Positions 1 through 11,295 are shown, counted from the stretch's first letter. The stretch is 57,618 nt of DNA from Candidatus Poribacteria bacterium (GCA_046582655.1 JAYGDX010000163.1:1-57618); one strand, 5' to 3'. The notes: generated from the letters alone by a model not told the origin. A program made the numbers and translations.

Positions 1-433
1 AGGGGTTTGGAAACTTTTGCTGGAACAGGTCTCCGATGATATTGATCTGGAACAACTTCTCCTGGATAGCAGAATCATTGGAGTTCATCAGCATGGTGCG
101 GGTGCAAAAAAAAGAAGGGCCTCAGGCCATCGCTCGCTGGCGTGGTGGTATGACCACCAAGATTCATTCAGCAGTTGATGCCAATGATTTCATCCAAATG
201 ATCCAAGACATGGGAGCCATGGTGGTCATACCAGTGCGCAGTAATCGCAACCAACAACCAGAGTCTGATCATCACTGGTACTAAGACCGCAACCTGATGG
301 AGCGTTTCTTCAATAGAATTAAACAGTTTCGCCGTATTGCCAGGCGCTATGAAAAGCTTGATCACAACTTCATGTCTAGGCTCAACTTGGTGTGTACCAT
401 TATCTGCTTGGCGTGAATGTTAACAGGCCCTAG
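1..433 (+). mobile_element. IS5-family transposase remnant, truncated by the window edge, with internal deletion and stop
   Basis: Frames read ..HQHGAGAKK / KKEGPQAIARWRGGMTTKIHSAVDA and then ..HHWY*DRNLMERFFNRIKQFRRIARRYEKLDHNFMSRLNLVCTIICLA* (stop near 416), which are typical IS5 DDE segments. An A-run slippage site lies near 106-114, and the element ends in TAACAGGCCCTAG (421-433). Confidence 0.85.
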
Positions 434-739
434 ATCGGAAACCGAAAGATAATGGTTAAGTAAGTTCCTTTTATAGTACTGTTCTGGTCTAATCGAGGCA
501 TTTTTAGGTTGTACATTGTATGATTGTAGAAGTAAATCAACTACAATTATATTATGCTGTTTTTCCAAGGTTGATGATGGGTTACAGGCCACGTTTCCCA
601 ATCGGGTACGGTAGATGGAAAAAGCTTGTGCCATCAGCAGTATTTGGTTGCTGATTTTGACCAGTTTAAGGATAGAGATAAGGAAACTATATCTATACAT
701 ACAGCAACTTGGCCAAAGGATACTTGCGGGTGCCACTTT

Positions 740-960
740 ATATGGCTGTTCAAATCGTCTTGAGATGGCCAATTTCGCAATAAGGGATAACTTCGGTTTT
801 GGTCGGTATGATGTCTGTCGATGAGATCGCTGAAAATGTTGTAGTTTTGGACTTTGATCTACCCGATGAAGTGCTGACCCAGATTCAAGAGGTATCTGAT
901 GAAATCTATTACACTATGCCTCCTATGATATGTGGCCGAATTGGGTTCGGCCACATATGA
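740..960 (+). pseudogene. Aldo/keto reductase C-terminal remnant
   Basis: Manual translation MAVQIVLRWPISQ*GITSVLVGMMSVDEIAENVVVLDFDLPDEVLTQIQEVS resembles the AKR C-terminal pattern (AQxALRWxxxxPGVTSVLVGxxxxxxxxENxxAxxxxL). It has an internal TAA and no recognisable N-terminal part. Confidence 0.55.
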
Positions 961-1069
961 GGGGCTACGACGCGAGGAGTAGTGACAGATCAACAAGTGG
1001 GAAAGTGTCTTTTTGAACGAACTGTAAGGAGGTTTCGCTGGTCAGGATCGGCGTTGACTTTACCTGCGG

Positions 1070-2155
1070 TTGGGAGATGGTAAAACAGTGGATAAATTGG
1101 CTTCTTGCAACGAGTTTGCCTTACTGACTTTTGCTGGTTTGGCAGAGGTTGGGCTTCAGGAACTCGCTGTGAGAAAAGACAGCGCCTACCAAGTGGAGAG
1201 ATTGCCGAACTACGATTTTGTGCGGTGTGTTTTAGTACCTGAAGACATATCCAGGCTCCCGACACTTCGAACGGTGGAGGATGTCTTTTGGTTAATCTCA
1301 AATCCGCAGCAAGTGACTATTAAAAGGGATCTGGAAAAACTTGATAACCTCGTCTGTAGTCACGTCCTGCTTAAGGGATTGGAACTTAAGAATCGGCTGT
1401 TTCGACCCAAGAAACCGAAACAGCCAACCTTTAATTGTTTCGTCAAACAGGATTATGACAGGCCAGTTCATCGCAAGGAGATCGCGAATAGGGTGAGTAC
1501 CGCTATTTCTGCAACTTTCCCCAAGTGGAAAAACAGTGATCCAGCGGCGATTGAAATTTGGGGATTTTACATCAATCAACAGTTACACCTTGGTTTTCGT
1601 TTGTCGGATAACAGAATGAGATACCGAGCACAAAAGCCTGTATCCCGTCGAGCTGCACTGAGACCAACTATTGCTGCCGCTTTGATTCGCACTGCTTCTC
1701 CCCACCATGGAGAACGAGTGTTGGATCCAATGTGTGGCACTGGTACAATTTTATCGGAAGGGGTAGCACTGAATACTGGTGCCACCTTCGTCGGAGGGGA
1801 CAGCGATAGGCAGGCGGTTAAGTTGGCAAAACAAAGCTTGAATCGAACTAATATTAGCCTGCAACAATGGGATGCCACGCGATTGCCCGTTGATAGTGCG
1901 ACCATCGACTGTATTGTCTGTAATTTACCCTTTGGCCAGCAGTTCTCAACGCAAAAAGACAATCAAGATCTTTATCCTATGTTGATTGATAACTGGATGG
2001 TACGGCTCAAGGCTAAAGGGCGGATGGTATTGTTAACTGCTGATTCAACAACCTTGGAGTACTTGTTGCAGAAACAGAATTTGAATTGGCAGGTTGCATG
2101 GAAGGTGAAGGTACTAGGCGTCTGGGCAAACGCGTATCAGATCTTCAAGAATTGA
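1070..2155 (+). CDS. THUMP-domain SAM-dependent RNA methyltransferase (Trm11/RlmL-like, UPF0020)
   Basis: Motifs ALRPTIAAAL, VLDPMCGTGTI and IVCNLPFG; the N-terminal region fits a THUMP-type domain. The start may be the GTG at 1088. Confidence 0.8.
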   Translation: MGDGKTVDKLASCNEFALLTFAGLAEVGLQELAVRKDSAYQVERLPNYDFVRCVLVPEDISRLPTLRTVEDVFWLISNPQQVTIKRDLEKLDNLVCSHVLLKGLELKNRLFRPKKPKQPTFNCFVKQDYDRPVHRKEIANRVSTAISATFPKWKNSDPAAIEIWGFYINQQLHLGFRLSDNRMRYRAQKPVSRRAALRPTIAAALIRTASPHHGERVLDPMCGTGTILSEGVALNTGATFVGGDSDRQAVKLAKQSLNRTNISLQQWDATRLPVDSATIDCIVCNLPFGQQFSTQKDNQDLYPMLIDNWMVRLKAKGRMVLLTADSTTLEYLLQKQNLNWQVAWKVKVLGVWANAYQIFKN

Positions 2156-2257
2156 ATTTAGGAAGCATAATATGATTTGGTTGCTCCCACGTTGAGTGAG
2201 TGTTTGTTATGGCAAGGGTAATATCGTGTTTCGAATAAATTGGAAATAGAAGTTAGG

Positions 2258-3096
2258 ATGCTTTCAAGTAAACAGGTGGGACAGTTTCATCAGGAAGGAA
2301 ATTTGGCCATCCACGATTTTTTGATGATCGAGAGACACAGGCGCTTCAATCAGCCTTTCAGGAACTTCTGGAAATGGAAGTTTTAACCAACGTTGCCACT
2401 GCAGAGGATGGTATCACCAAAGTTTCGGATCGACAAAACTTGCAGATCTGTCCATTATCCTATCATCATCTTCTGTTCGCAGCATTATCTTTTCATTCCG
2501 AGATACGTGATGTTTTAACCCAACTGATTGATGGTGATGTCTACAAGATGCTAGATCAAATCTTTTACAAGCCGGAGTATATTGGAGTTAGAACCAACTG
2601 GCATCAGGACAACTACTATTTTCGGATGCCGAGTCCGTTCTCCGGTACTGCCATGTGGATTGCCTTGCATGATGCTACTATCCAAAACGGTACAATTCGA
2701 GTGATTCCAAAGGCCTTGATACTATTTTAAACCATAATCGGGATGTTGAGAGCGATCATCACAGCCGGTGTTGGCCGACGAATGGAGATGCTGCTACTAA
2801 TAGAGATGCGGGTTGGAAGTGTGCTATTTTTTTGTTTCAACACACCACATGCTACCGGATCCAACCTAACAGAAACGGGTCGAGCTGGACTGGCATACCG
2901 CTGTCTATAGTTGTCGTTGGCTTAGACCGGAAATGTAAGAGGTTATCCAGCAGGGAAACCAACTTTATGGTGAAGCAGAGGTAAAGTCCACGGTCCCATC
3001 CTCAATGGATCGCGCTATACCTGTGGCCAAGCGGAATACGGTTGTAATATGGAGCAGGTATTATCCCAGAAAATTACCTGGTTAGTGTCGGGCTGA
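2258..3096 (+). pseudogene. Phytanoyl-CoA dioxygenase (PhyH) family pseudogene
   Basis: ATG 2258 reads MLSSKQVGQFHQEGNLAIHDF, then frameshifts into ORF 2374-2730 with DQIFYKP..TNWHQDNYYF..MWIALHDATIQNGTIRVIP. Further frameshifts follow, and a later segment reads GSVLFFCFNTPHATGSNLT. The 3' end is approximate. Confidence 0.8.
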
Positions 3097-3127
3097 GTTT
3101 TTTGAAAACTATTGAAGATAGCACATA

Positions 3128-3934
3128 ATGACAGACCAACTGGAAAACTCAAAACCCATTTTAGAACGCTTCCGTCTGGATAACCGGGTTGCGCTGGTCA
3201 CTGGAGGTGGTCAGGGAATCGGTCGAGCCTTTGCCCACGCTTTGGGGGAGGCTGGGGCTATGGTGGCAGTAGTAGATGTGGTTTCCGACAGAGCAGAAAC
3301 TGTAGCTGACGAACTAGTGGCTAAAGGCATTGAGGTGATGGCGGTAACCGCCGATATCACAAAGGCAGATCAAGTAAAATGGATGGTGAACACAATTTTG
3401 GATCATTGGAAGATCCTGACTATCTCTGTTAACAATGCTGGAATCGCTGGTTGGTTTGACAGCGAAACCATGCCAGAGGCGGAGTGGAACAGGATGTTAG
3501 ATGTCAATCTAAAAGGGGTCTTTTTGTGCGCACAGGCTGAAGGTCAGGTAATGCTGAAAACAGGTTACGGAAAGATTATTAATACTGCATCCATGTCGGC
3601 TCACATTGCTAACATGCCTCAAAGTCAGGCGGCTTATAATGCTTCCAAGGCAGGGGTTTTACATCTGACTCGTAGTTTAGCCGCAGAATGGGCCTCACGG
3701 GGTGTTCGCGTGAACAGTATCAGTCCGGGATACACGCGTACTGAGCTTGTAAATCAGTTGATTCAGCAGCCGATTGGTCGTGACAAACTTCCCCATTGGC
3801 TAGAAAGGACTCCAATGGGACGCTTAGGTGAAGTTACCGACCTGCAGGGAGCCGTGGTTTATCTGGCTTCAGAGGTTTCGGATTTCATGACTGGGCACGA
3901 TGTGGTCATCGACGGAGGATATTGTGCCTGGTGA
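3128..3934 (+). CDS. Short-chain dehydrogenase/reductase (sugar/polyol dehydrogenase-like)
   Basis: TGGGQGIG Rossmann motif, NNAG, YNASK catalytic motif and VNSISPGY. Confidence 0.92.
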   Translation: MTDQLENSKPILERFRLDNRVALVTGGGQGIGRAFAHALGEAGAMVAVVDVVSDRAETVADELVAKGIEVMAVTADITKADQVKWMVNTILDHWKILTISVNNAGIAGWFDSETMPEAEWNRMLDVNLKGVFLCAQAEGQVMLKTGYGKIINTASMSAHIANMPQSQAAYNASKAGVLHLTRSLAAEWASRGVRVNSISPGYTRTELVNQLIQQPIGRDKLPHWLERTPMGRLGEVTDLQGAVVYLASEVSDFMTGHDVVIDGGYCAW

Positions 3935-4858
3935 ACAAATTGTCACCAGATACATATATTGACATGAAGATCGAGATGGAAAAATTTGCACCATTGAACT
4001 TAACTGCTGATGATTTGATTGATTATACTAGGGAATGGCCCGGAGAACGTTTCCCAGACGGTCGTCCCAAGGTGCCGGATCAGATAATCCAACGGATGCA
4101 AGACGTGACTATCACTCAGGCTTGGGGTGTACTGAGAGGGCAAGGGTACCACTGGCAATACGAAGGGAATTGGTACTGCACGCATCCCGAGCAAGTTCTT
4201 TGTGGTAGAGCACTGACGGCTATGTATATGCCGCGGCGACCACAAATCCGAACTCTCATGGAAGATAAAGGGGAAAAGTCCGGTTGTGTCGGTGACCAGA
4301 TCTCTTGGCCGATCGATATGTTGGTACCAGGTGATGTTTATGTGGCAGATGTTTTTGGCAAGATTGTGGAAGGTCCGGTAATTGGTGACAATCTTTCGAC
4401 TTCCATCCATGCCAAGTCTGGCAATGGCGTTGTACACGATGCGGCAGTACGAGATTTAGATGGAATCTAAAGAGATTCCTGGCTTCGTCTCTTTTTTTTG
4501 AGGTTGGAGTCCAACCTACGCCTCACCCACAATTATGCTGATGGGTGTTAATACGCCTATACGCATCGGTGGTGCCACTGTTATGCCGGGAGATGTAGTT
4601 TTGGGCCGTGAAGACGGGGTGATCTTCATCCCTCCTCACATGGCTGAAACAGTCGTCAAGACTTCGGAATTAGTACAGTTACGTGACCAGTTTGGCAAAT
4701 CTGGCTTGGCCGCAGGGAAATACACATCGGGGCAGATTGGCGCCCGCTGGACAGATGGAATTGAGAAAGATTTCTCTTTCTGGTTAGAAGATCATATCGA
4801 CCAACTGTCTGTTCCTCGAGAGGCAATCGAAGAGTTGTTGAAGGAACGTACCTGGTAA
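3922..4858 (+). pseudogene. RraA/HMG-aldolase-like family gene, disrupted
   Basis: ORFs 3922-4470 (ERFPDGRPKVPD, GDNLSTSI, VRDLDGI) and 4535-4858 (PIRIGGATVMPGDVVLGREDGVIFIP) join if one base near 4468 is removed. The joined frame also has TGA at 4499-4501 in ..VSFF*GWSP, where Arg would be expected. Confidence 0.8.
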
Positions 4859-5132
4859 AAACCAGGTATGGGATATTTTGACTGGTGGGATACTACCATC
4901 CAGATTAGGTACGATATTACCCTTACTGAATTGGAACTCTTGTGGATGGAAGCACTTGTTTATGACGGATTTCCAGTTTCACGCTCATCATGAGAACCTC
5001 AATCAGTCCTTAGTACGGGAAACACCTAGCCATGTTTTCTCCAAAAAGTGCTTGATACCTGTTTGTACTTGGCTCGACGGCTTACTACTGACCAATGAAC
5101 AAAGGAACCAGCATCATTTTTACGGTTGCATT

Positions 5133-6000
5133 AGCCTATCCCAATAATCTTTGCAACCACAAAACCGTGATGGCTAAAGACAAAAATGCATCGAAAGATT
5201 GTGGTATTCTCTCCCATCGAACCGTAATTCTGCCAAACTTTCTTTGCATCCATGAGAATGTCTGTTCCAGCTGAAATCGAGGCGACATCTTCTGTACTGG
5301 AGGTCCCTAATTTTGGCCGTGCATTCTTCTTTCTTGGCATCTGTGGTTGAATTCCTTTCTTACGAAGATATGCTTCCAGCTCATGCCAGACATAGCCTTT
5401 GTCGGTGGCGATGCGCTTCACCCCCTTTGGGCGGTCGGCCTCGTTTTCCGGTCCGTACATCAACACTCTCGATTAAAACCGGCACCTGTTCTCGCTCACT
5501 TCCATTTGCCGCTGTCATTGTGGCTGATAAGGGCATGCCTTCGCGATCCACCAGTAAGTGTATTAGAATCCCCTTTCCTTTGTCGCCGTGGTCCACTTTG
5601 GCTCCACCACCTTTGCCCGGGGGAAAAAGACGCATCCACTGCGCCGCTGCTCCATTTGATAATCCCATGATTTTGGCTCAGCCCTAGAATCCTCGCCTGG
5701 AGTAGAGCCATGGTTCCATCCTCGTACCAGCGCTGAAGCCAGCCAAGGGGCACTTTTGGAGAACCATAAGGGCCCCTTGGGACATCATACCAGCGGCAAC
5801 CGGTGAATAGAAGATACAACAGCATGTTGAGAACGCGTCTGGGATCGGTTGCAGGTTTTCCTTTCTCCCATTTCCCTAGAACAGGAAACAAATTACTAAA
5901 CAATTTCCATTCAATCTCGCTTAAACCTTCAAATCGACCTGCCATTTCATCTCCATCTGAGGAGAATATAATAACATGCTCCCGATTATCGGGATAGGTT
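5133..6000 (-). mobile_element. IS5-family insertion sequence with terminal inverted repeats and a frameshifted transposase
   Basis: ORF 5945-5496 (MAGRFEGLSEIEW..TGCRWYD..W..LQRW) continues in 5668-5381 (KGKGILIHLLVDREGMPL..ANGSER) and 5466-5131 (ATDKGY). TIRs AGCCTATCCCAATAATC (5133-5149) and GATTATCGGGATAGGTT (5984-6000) are 15/17 complementary. A TTTTTCCCCC slippery tract on the minus strand lies near 5619-5628. Confidence 0.88.
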
Positions 6001-6353
6001 CATAGTTTCTCGACTACCTGAATTCCTCTGACTAGCTTTAGGTGTCTGCAATGCGATTCTGGAGGAGTGTATGTTACTCTTGGTCTGTTGGGTTAGCAAG
6101 TCAGGCAGGCATTGAAGACTGTTTCCGGCCAACTTCGCTCGTGTTTATTGTATGCCATGGATGCGTTGAAGCAAACCGAGACTACTATAGGAAAAGATCC
6201 CAGTAGATACATACGGTTTGGTTCATGGGCTCCGAGCTTCGATAATATGCGGATTCGAAGAAATCTGGCAACAGATCTTGGCTTCCTATTCGTTACAATC
6301 CACTAAACGGTTATTGATACCCTCACAATATATAACTCGCGTAAGCTGTGAAT

Positions 6354-7391
6354 TTACAGGATATCTTTCATGTGTTGGATGAAATTGTCGGGTGGATCGA
6401 AAGGCAGGTCAATCGGTTGACGAATTAATCCACTTTGATAAATTCCAAGTAGCAGGTTGAATTCGGCCAATGACTGTTTTAAGTTGGTCGGATGTACCTT
6501 ATTCCTGTCTTCAAGCCAATCAAACATTGCCTCGGTCAACCCGATCTGCGCGACTGCATTCTCCTCTCCGTAACTCAAATCCCCGCTTTGGTATCCGTAT
6601 TCATTCGTGAATTTTTCCCAACTCTCGAAACGCCAATGGACAAACCCCTTGGTACCGAAAACGCAGACGCGTTTGTGGCGGTTGTTAGAGGTTTCCGATA
6701 AGACACGAATTGCCATCTCTGGACCAAAAGCTACAGAAGCCTGTATGCCATTAGCGTATTCAATTCGCGCAGTGGCGTTATCAGGTGAAGGCTGATCGGA
6801 ATTAAGTTGGTTGCTACCGGAAACTTGTCCCATCACTTTTACTGGTTGTGAGTTGTCAATGTAGGAGGAAACAAGTTGTAGAGTATGCGGGGCTTGATCA
6901 ACAGGTGGATTGCGTGAACTGGCTTCGATCAGTTTGATTTCCCCAATTTTTCCTTCGGTGACATCTCGCTTGAGTTCCAAGTTTTTGGGATGGAAATGGA
7001 GTTGAGTATTGACGGCGAATTTTGTTTCGGTTCTATCAGCCAAATCACGGATTTGTCGCCAATCTTCTCCCATCACTGCAATTGGTTTCTCAATGATCAC
7101 CGCTGGTACTCTATGCTCGGAAGCAATGTTCATTAATGGGTAGCGGATGAACTGCATTGTGCCCCGAAGGACTGGCGCAGTAACGATGTGGAGTAGGTCA
7201 GGTTTCTCCTTTTCCAGCATCTCGTGGATATCAGTATAACGTTGGTCGATATTAAACATATCACCGAATTCGTGCAATCGTTCTTTGTTCATGTCACAGA
7301 TTGATGCCAGTTTACCGACTGTGATGTCCTGATATGCCTTGGCGTGCGAACGTGCACGACCGCGGCAGCCCAGAATTGCGCATTTAAACAT
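6354..7391 (-). CDS. Gfo/Idh/MocA family oxidoreductase
   Basis: N-terminal AILGCRGRARSHA, EMLEKEKPDLLHIVT and IIEKPIA motif; GGAG RBS upstream. Confidence 0.85.
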   Translation of the reverse strand: MFKCAILGCRGRARSHAKAYQDITVGKLASICDMNKERLHEFGDMFNIDQRYTDIHEMLEKEKPDLLHIVTAPVLRGTMQFIRYPLMNIASEHRVPAVIIEKPIAVMGEDWRQIRDLADRTETKFAVNTQLHFHPKNLELKRDVTEGKIGEIKLIEASSRNPPVDQAPHTLQLVSSYIDNSQPVKVMGQVSGSNQLNSDQPSPDNATARIEYANGIQASVAFGPEMAIRVLSETSNNRHKRVCVFGTKGFVHWRFESWEKFTNEYGYQSGDLSYGEENAVAQIGLTEAMFDWLEDRNKVHPTNLKQSLAEFNLLLGIYQSGLIRQPIDLPFDPPDNFIQHMKDIL

Positions 7392-7500
7392 GCAGGTCTC
7401 CTTCGTATAAAATAAGGCTTAATCTTAAACCATAATTGGAGTCGCGTCAACGATCAATACGTTGTTGAATTTCTTACAGATCAGGCACTTTCTCGATTTG

Positions 7501-9060
7501 CTATTTCACAACCTCAATTAATGTTGGTTTGTTCAAAGCCAATGCCTTTTCCAGTGTAGGTCGAAAATCGGATGGATCGTGCACTCGAAGCCCGACTGCG
7601 CCAAATGACTCGGCAAACTTGACGAAATCTGGGTTGACCAAATTAATGCCTAAGGTTGCCCCAAACTGCCTGATCTGTCCACCTTCAATAGAGGTCAGCT
7701 TGTTGTCGTTGACTACAATGATGACGATTGGTAGATTGTACTTGACCACCGTAGCTAGATCAGGGCTGGTCATCAGAAAACCTCCGTCTCCAGCAATCGC
7801 CACCACCTTTCGATTTGGATACGCCACTTGCGCTCCGATAGCGGCTGGCAAGGCAATCCCCATGCTGACCGAAATCGGTGAATAGATGAATGTACCGGCG
7901 TGGTAGACCCGAAAGTGAGGCAAAGTCGAATAACCATCGATGTGGACGTCAACGGCTAAAATGGCATCCCTAGGCATAGCGGCACGTAGATCTTCGACTA
8001 AGCGAGGTCTTTCATTTTCCTCGAACTGTTGATGCAGTTGAATCGTCTGTTTTCCCCATCCATCTTGACGCGGTTGATCCTGAAGTGCTTGATTCAACTG
8101 TTGTAAGCAGATTCGGATATCAGCGCAGATGCCGACTTGAGCTGGATACTCTTTACTGATTTCGGCTGGATCGGCATCAATCTGAAGGAGAGGTTGTTTG
8201 ATCTCCATTGTCCAGTTGCTGGTTTCTCGGTAGACAAAGCGGGTACCGAGCGCTATCATTAAATCTGAACGTTCAGTGGCCTCCCGAGTAACCGAACTTC
8301 GGAATACACCCAGCGAGTGCGGCGAATCTTCAGGGAAGCCCCCTTTACCCATTGCTGTCATAGCTACGGGCGCATTGAGGTATTTGGCTAACTGTACCAA
8401 CTCGGTCATGGCGCGGCTATGATTGACGCCACTGCCAGCCAGAATGAAAGGACGTTTGGATTGTTGGATTAGATCTAAGGCTTGTCCCAAGTTCCTAGCA
8501 TCGGCAGAAGGATGTATCCCATCATTTCGAGGAGGGATCGGTAAGTCAACTTCGGCCGTCAGCGCATCTGTTGCCAGTTCAATAAGTGTGGGTTTGGGTC
8601 GACCAGAACGCATCGAACCAAAGGTTCGATTGACCGCTCCCGGGATCTGATCTACTGTTCTTACAATTTCGATATGCTTGGTGATTTGAGATAGAAACGC
8701 TTGTTGGTCGAGTCCATGAAAGCTCTTGCTAGGATCTTTTTGTGCCAGATGCGACGGGTTTTGACCCGTCACTAGTAGCACTGGCGAATTGGCGGTATAG
8801 GCTTCTCCCAATCCCGTTGAGGCGTTGGTGCTACCGGGACCTGGAATGGTCAAGCAGACACCAACATCGCCCGTCGATCTGGCGTAGCCGTCGGCCATAA
8901 AGGCAGCACCACCTTCGTGACGCACCACATAGTGACTAATCTGTTCACGGTTTTTGTAAAGTGATTCATAAACAGGGTTCAGGTGTCCGCCTGGCATGCC
9001 GAAAATAGAAGTCACCCCTTGAGCTTTTAAACACTCAACAAAAATTTCTCCACCCGTCAT
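7501..9060 (-). CDS. Thiamine-pyrophosphate-dependent enzyme (acetolactate synthase large subunit-like)
   Basis: IFGMPG, RHEGGAAFMADGYAR, PGPGSTN and the TPP-binding motif GDGGFLM..NDN. Confidence 0.9.
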   Translation of the reverse strand: MTGGEIFVECLKAQGVTSIFGMPGGHLNPVYESLYKNREQISHYVVRHEGGAAFMADGYARSTGDVGVCLTIPGPGSTNASTGLGEAYTANSPVLLVTGQNPSHLAQKDPSKSFHGLDQQAFLSQITKHIEIVRTVDQIPGAVNRTFGSMRSGRPKPTLIELATDALTAEVDLPIPPRNDGIHPSADARNLGQALDLIQQSKRPFILAGSGVNHSRAMTELVQLAKYLNAPVAMTAMGKGGFPEDSPHSLGVFRSSVTREATERSDLMIALGTRFVYRETSNWTMEIKQPLLQIDADPAEISKEYPAQVGICADIRICLQQLNQALQDQPRQDGWGKQTIQLHQQFEENERPRLVEDLRAAMPRDAILAVDVHIDGYSTLPHFRVYHAGTFIYSPISVSMGIALPAAIGAQVAYPNRKVVAIAGDGGFLMTSPDLATVVKYNLPIVIIVVNDNKLTSIEGGQIRQFGATLGINLVNPDFVKFAESFGAVGLRVHDPSDFRPTLEKALALNKPTLIEVVK

Positions 9061-9304
9061 GGGTATTTTTCCCTTTCCTTACAATTCAGCCTTGATTTGG
9101 AATCCAGCCTGAAATCTAGCAAATTTCTCCATTGGACATAGGGATCAAACAGAGTCAATCGCCTTGGTTTCTATTAGATCCTTATTTCTAGTGAGATCTT
9201 TAACAATCGTTGGTTTACCTCAGTTGCATTTTATCCAATCTGAATTTTAAGATTGCCTTATATTGCTATTACTCTTGGTGTCAGTTCCTATCAGTAGAAT
9301 TGTT

Positions 9305-10555
9305 TTACTCGTTAAATGGTGGATCTATTGTGCCGACTTCTTTCTGGATGCGGTCAATTGTTTGTTGAATGATGCCTTTGTCATTCGGTTGAAGTTGGTC
9401 GCCAATCATTTCAGCAGTAACAACGTACAGCTAAAGTCCCGCTTTAACTTGCATTTCGATTTCCATCGGACTGTCCAGACCAAAAGCCTTTCTACTTAAA
9501 ATTGCCCAGGTTGAATGGTTACCGATTGAAACTGTTACTTCGGTATAGGTGGTGTTATCGCTGGTAACCAGAACACCACGTTGGACGCGCATGACGTTCA
9601 TCAAACCCCACGATAGCCCAAATCGCGCGTTTAGTAGCCGACCCGAATCTTTTCTTCTCAAACTTTCCAGCCCTTTGTGTACCTCCTCGATCCATCCGGC
9701 CATCTTGCGACTGGCGTAAGCATCTATTGGCTGGTCCTTCATCGACACGATACGGTCACCGGCTTGGATTCCGGCTTTTTGAGCCAAAGAGTCAGGCAGG
9801 ATAGCTTCAACCAGGTTACCTTGATCAACATTGATTTTGAACCCGATGTTTTTCGGTAATGGGTAGATCCACAGCGACTGCTGATCGAAAGTGCCTTGAT
9901 CGTAAGCAGTTTCGATCCAGCCATCGTAAATGTTATGGCAATGGACGCAATTCTTTTAATTTGTGGGTTGAATCAATTGCTTTCGCCTACGCTTACGTAA
10001 CCCTGGAATATCAGCGGCGGTTTTCCAATGGGGCGGGGGATGATTTTTTCCGTTTAAACTCTTCCTGTTCCTGGGATAATTGTGATGAAGCACCAAAACG
10101 CGTTCCATCGCCTTTTCAAGAGAGACCATAGAATTATAGGTCATCGGTCCCCCAACCGATCTTGATCCATATCGACCATAGATGGTACCATCCGGGTTCA
10201 TGGAGATGACTGACCAGGTTAGATCGTAATCGAACTGGAACTGAGATAGGTCAACATCTTTCATCTGGACTAGCCGGACTTTGACAAACTTGTCAGCCAG
10301 ATGATTTAGTTTTGAATCTTGACGGACAACCTGCCCGTCGAAGCCTGCACAAGCCACTCAGGGTACTCAGCGAAACAGGACAAACATCGGTGCGTTCTTT
10401 GCCTTGGCTGTTGCCACGGCTCGGTCTAGATCGTCATAAATCCAACCCTGACCTATATTGTTTAAATCTCCTAATGTCTGTTGCAACGTTTCCTGTGCAT
10501 ATAAGATGGATACGAATGACATCAAACACAATAAAGTTGGAATAGATCGGTGCAT
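9305..10555 (-). pseudogene. Thioredoxin-like/PDZ-domain (seleno)protein gene with UxxU motif, decayed and apparently fused to an unrelated C-terminal fragment
   Basis: ORFs 10555-10367, 10357-9956 and 9787-9431 share one frame. It reads: signal peptide, WIYDDLDRAVATAKAKNAPMFVLFR-TGA-V-P-TGA-VACAGFD, a TAA lesion at 9956-9958 before KNCVHCHN, a PDZ-like segment (VEAILPDSLAQKAGIQAGDRIVSM), then an abrupt change of sequence character near 9723, TAG at 9431-9433 and a final TAA at 9305. Confidence 0.75.
10321..10339 (-). promoter_or_regulatory. Candidate bacterial SECIS hairpin downstream of the UxxU codons
   Basis: The mRNA GACGGGCA-GGU-UGUCCGUC forms an 8-bp stem (one G-U) beginning 18 nt after the second UGA. 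Its GCAGGU apex resembles the E. coli fdhF SECIS loop as recalled. Confidence 0.55.
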
Positions 10556-10575
10556 GATTACCTCCTTTTAATAGA

Positions 10576-11295
10576 CTACCATTTTGGGGTGATAATTCGC
10601 TTTTTATGTTCTTCTGAAAATGCGTTGAGAACTTCCTCTGAAACGGTTTCGGCTTCGTTACTTCGTATCCAAAGTGGTGTTGTTAGCACTTGGATGTTGA
10701 GACGGTCTCTTTCTGATTCATTGGGTAGAGTAGTATGAAGTGTTGCCTGATGCATAATCAAACAATCACCTTGTTTAAGAGTTGGAATTTCGCTGCCTGT
10801 TGGAACCGATTTTCGACTAAACGGCCAACTAAGTTTTGAACGGTGGCTGCCCGGATACAGTGCCAACCCTCCGTGTTCTACAAATTCAACATCAGAAAGT
10901 GCAATAAAGAATCTAAGTTGAAACAGAGGGCAAGGCCATCCAGTTTGGTAGTAAGAATGTGTTCCGTGATCGGCGTCTTGGTGCCAGCTGGGCCATTCGA
11001 TACCTCCTTTGCGTTTTTCTTTTGTCGGATTGATGACTAACACGCTTGTTTTGATGCGGTAGTCACCAAAGAATTGTCGTGAAATATCGTCAACGGCTGG
11101 ATGGAATATCACTTTGCTAAATATTGGGTGTTTATCCAGCAAACAGGAAATCTGTGAATAGTGAGGTTGTTCAAAACCTCTGGCCACGTTTGTAATCTCT
11201 TTTGCCAGATCTAATTCTAGGAGATTGCTGACGATGATAAAACCTTTACAATCAAATTCCCAAAGTTGCTTGTCCGTTAGTGTCCAACTTGTCAT
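10576..11295 (-). CDS. Phytanoyl-CoA dioxygenase (PhyH) family Fe(II)/2OG dioxygenase
   Basis: EFDCKGFIIVSNLL, WHQD, FIALSDV..GGLALYPGSH and GDCLIMHQATLH..N.SERDR. Confidence 0.88.
   Translation of the reverse strand: MTSWTLTDKQLWEFDCKGFIIVSNLLELDLAKEITNVARGFEQPHYSQISCLLDKHPIFSKVIFHPAVDDISRQFFGDYRIKTSVLVINPTKEKRKGGIEWPSWHQDADHGTHSYYQTGWPCPLFQLRFFIALSDVEFVEHGGLALYPGSHRSKLSWPFSRKSVPTGSEIPTLKQGDCLIMHQATLHTTLPNESERDRLNIQVLTTPLWIRSNEAETVSEEVLNAFSEEHKKRIITPKW

Noticed and set aside
4499..4501. In-frame TGA in the RraA-like gene as a possible selenocysteine
   Set aside because: The context FF*GWSP suggests Arg (CGA to TGA) rather than Cys, and a frameshift lies 30 nt upstream, so it is an ordinary lesion.
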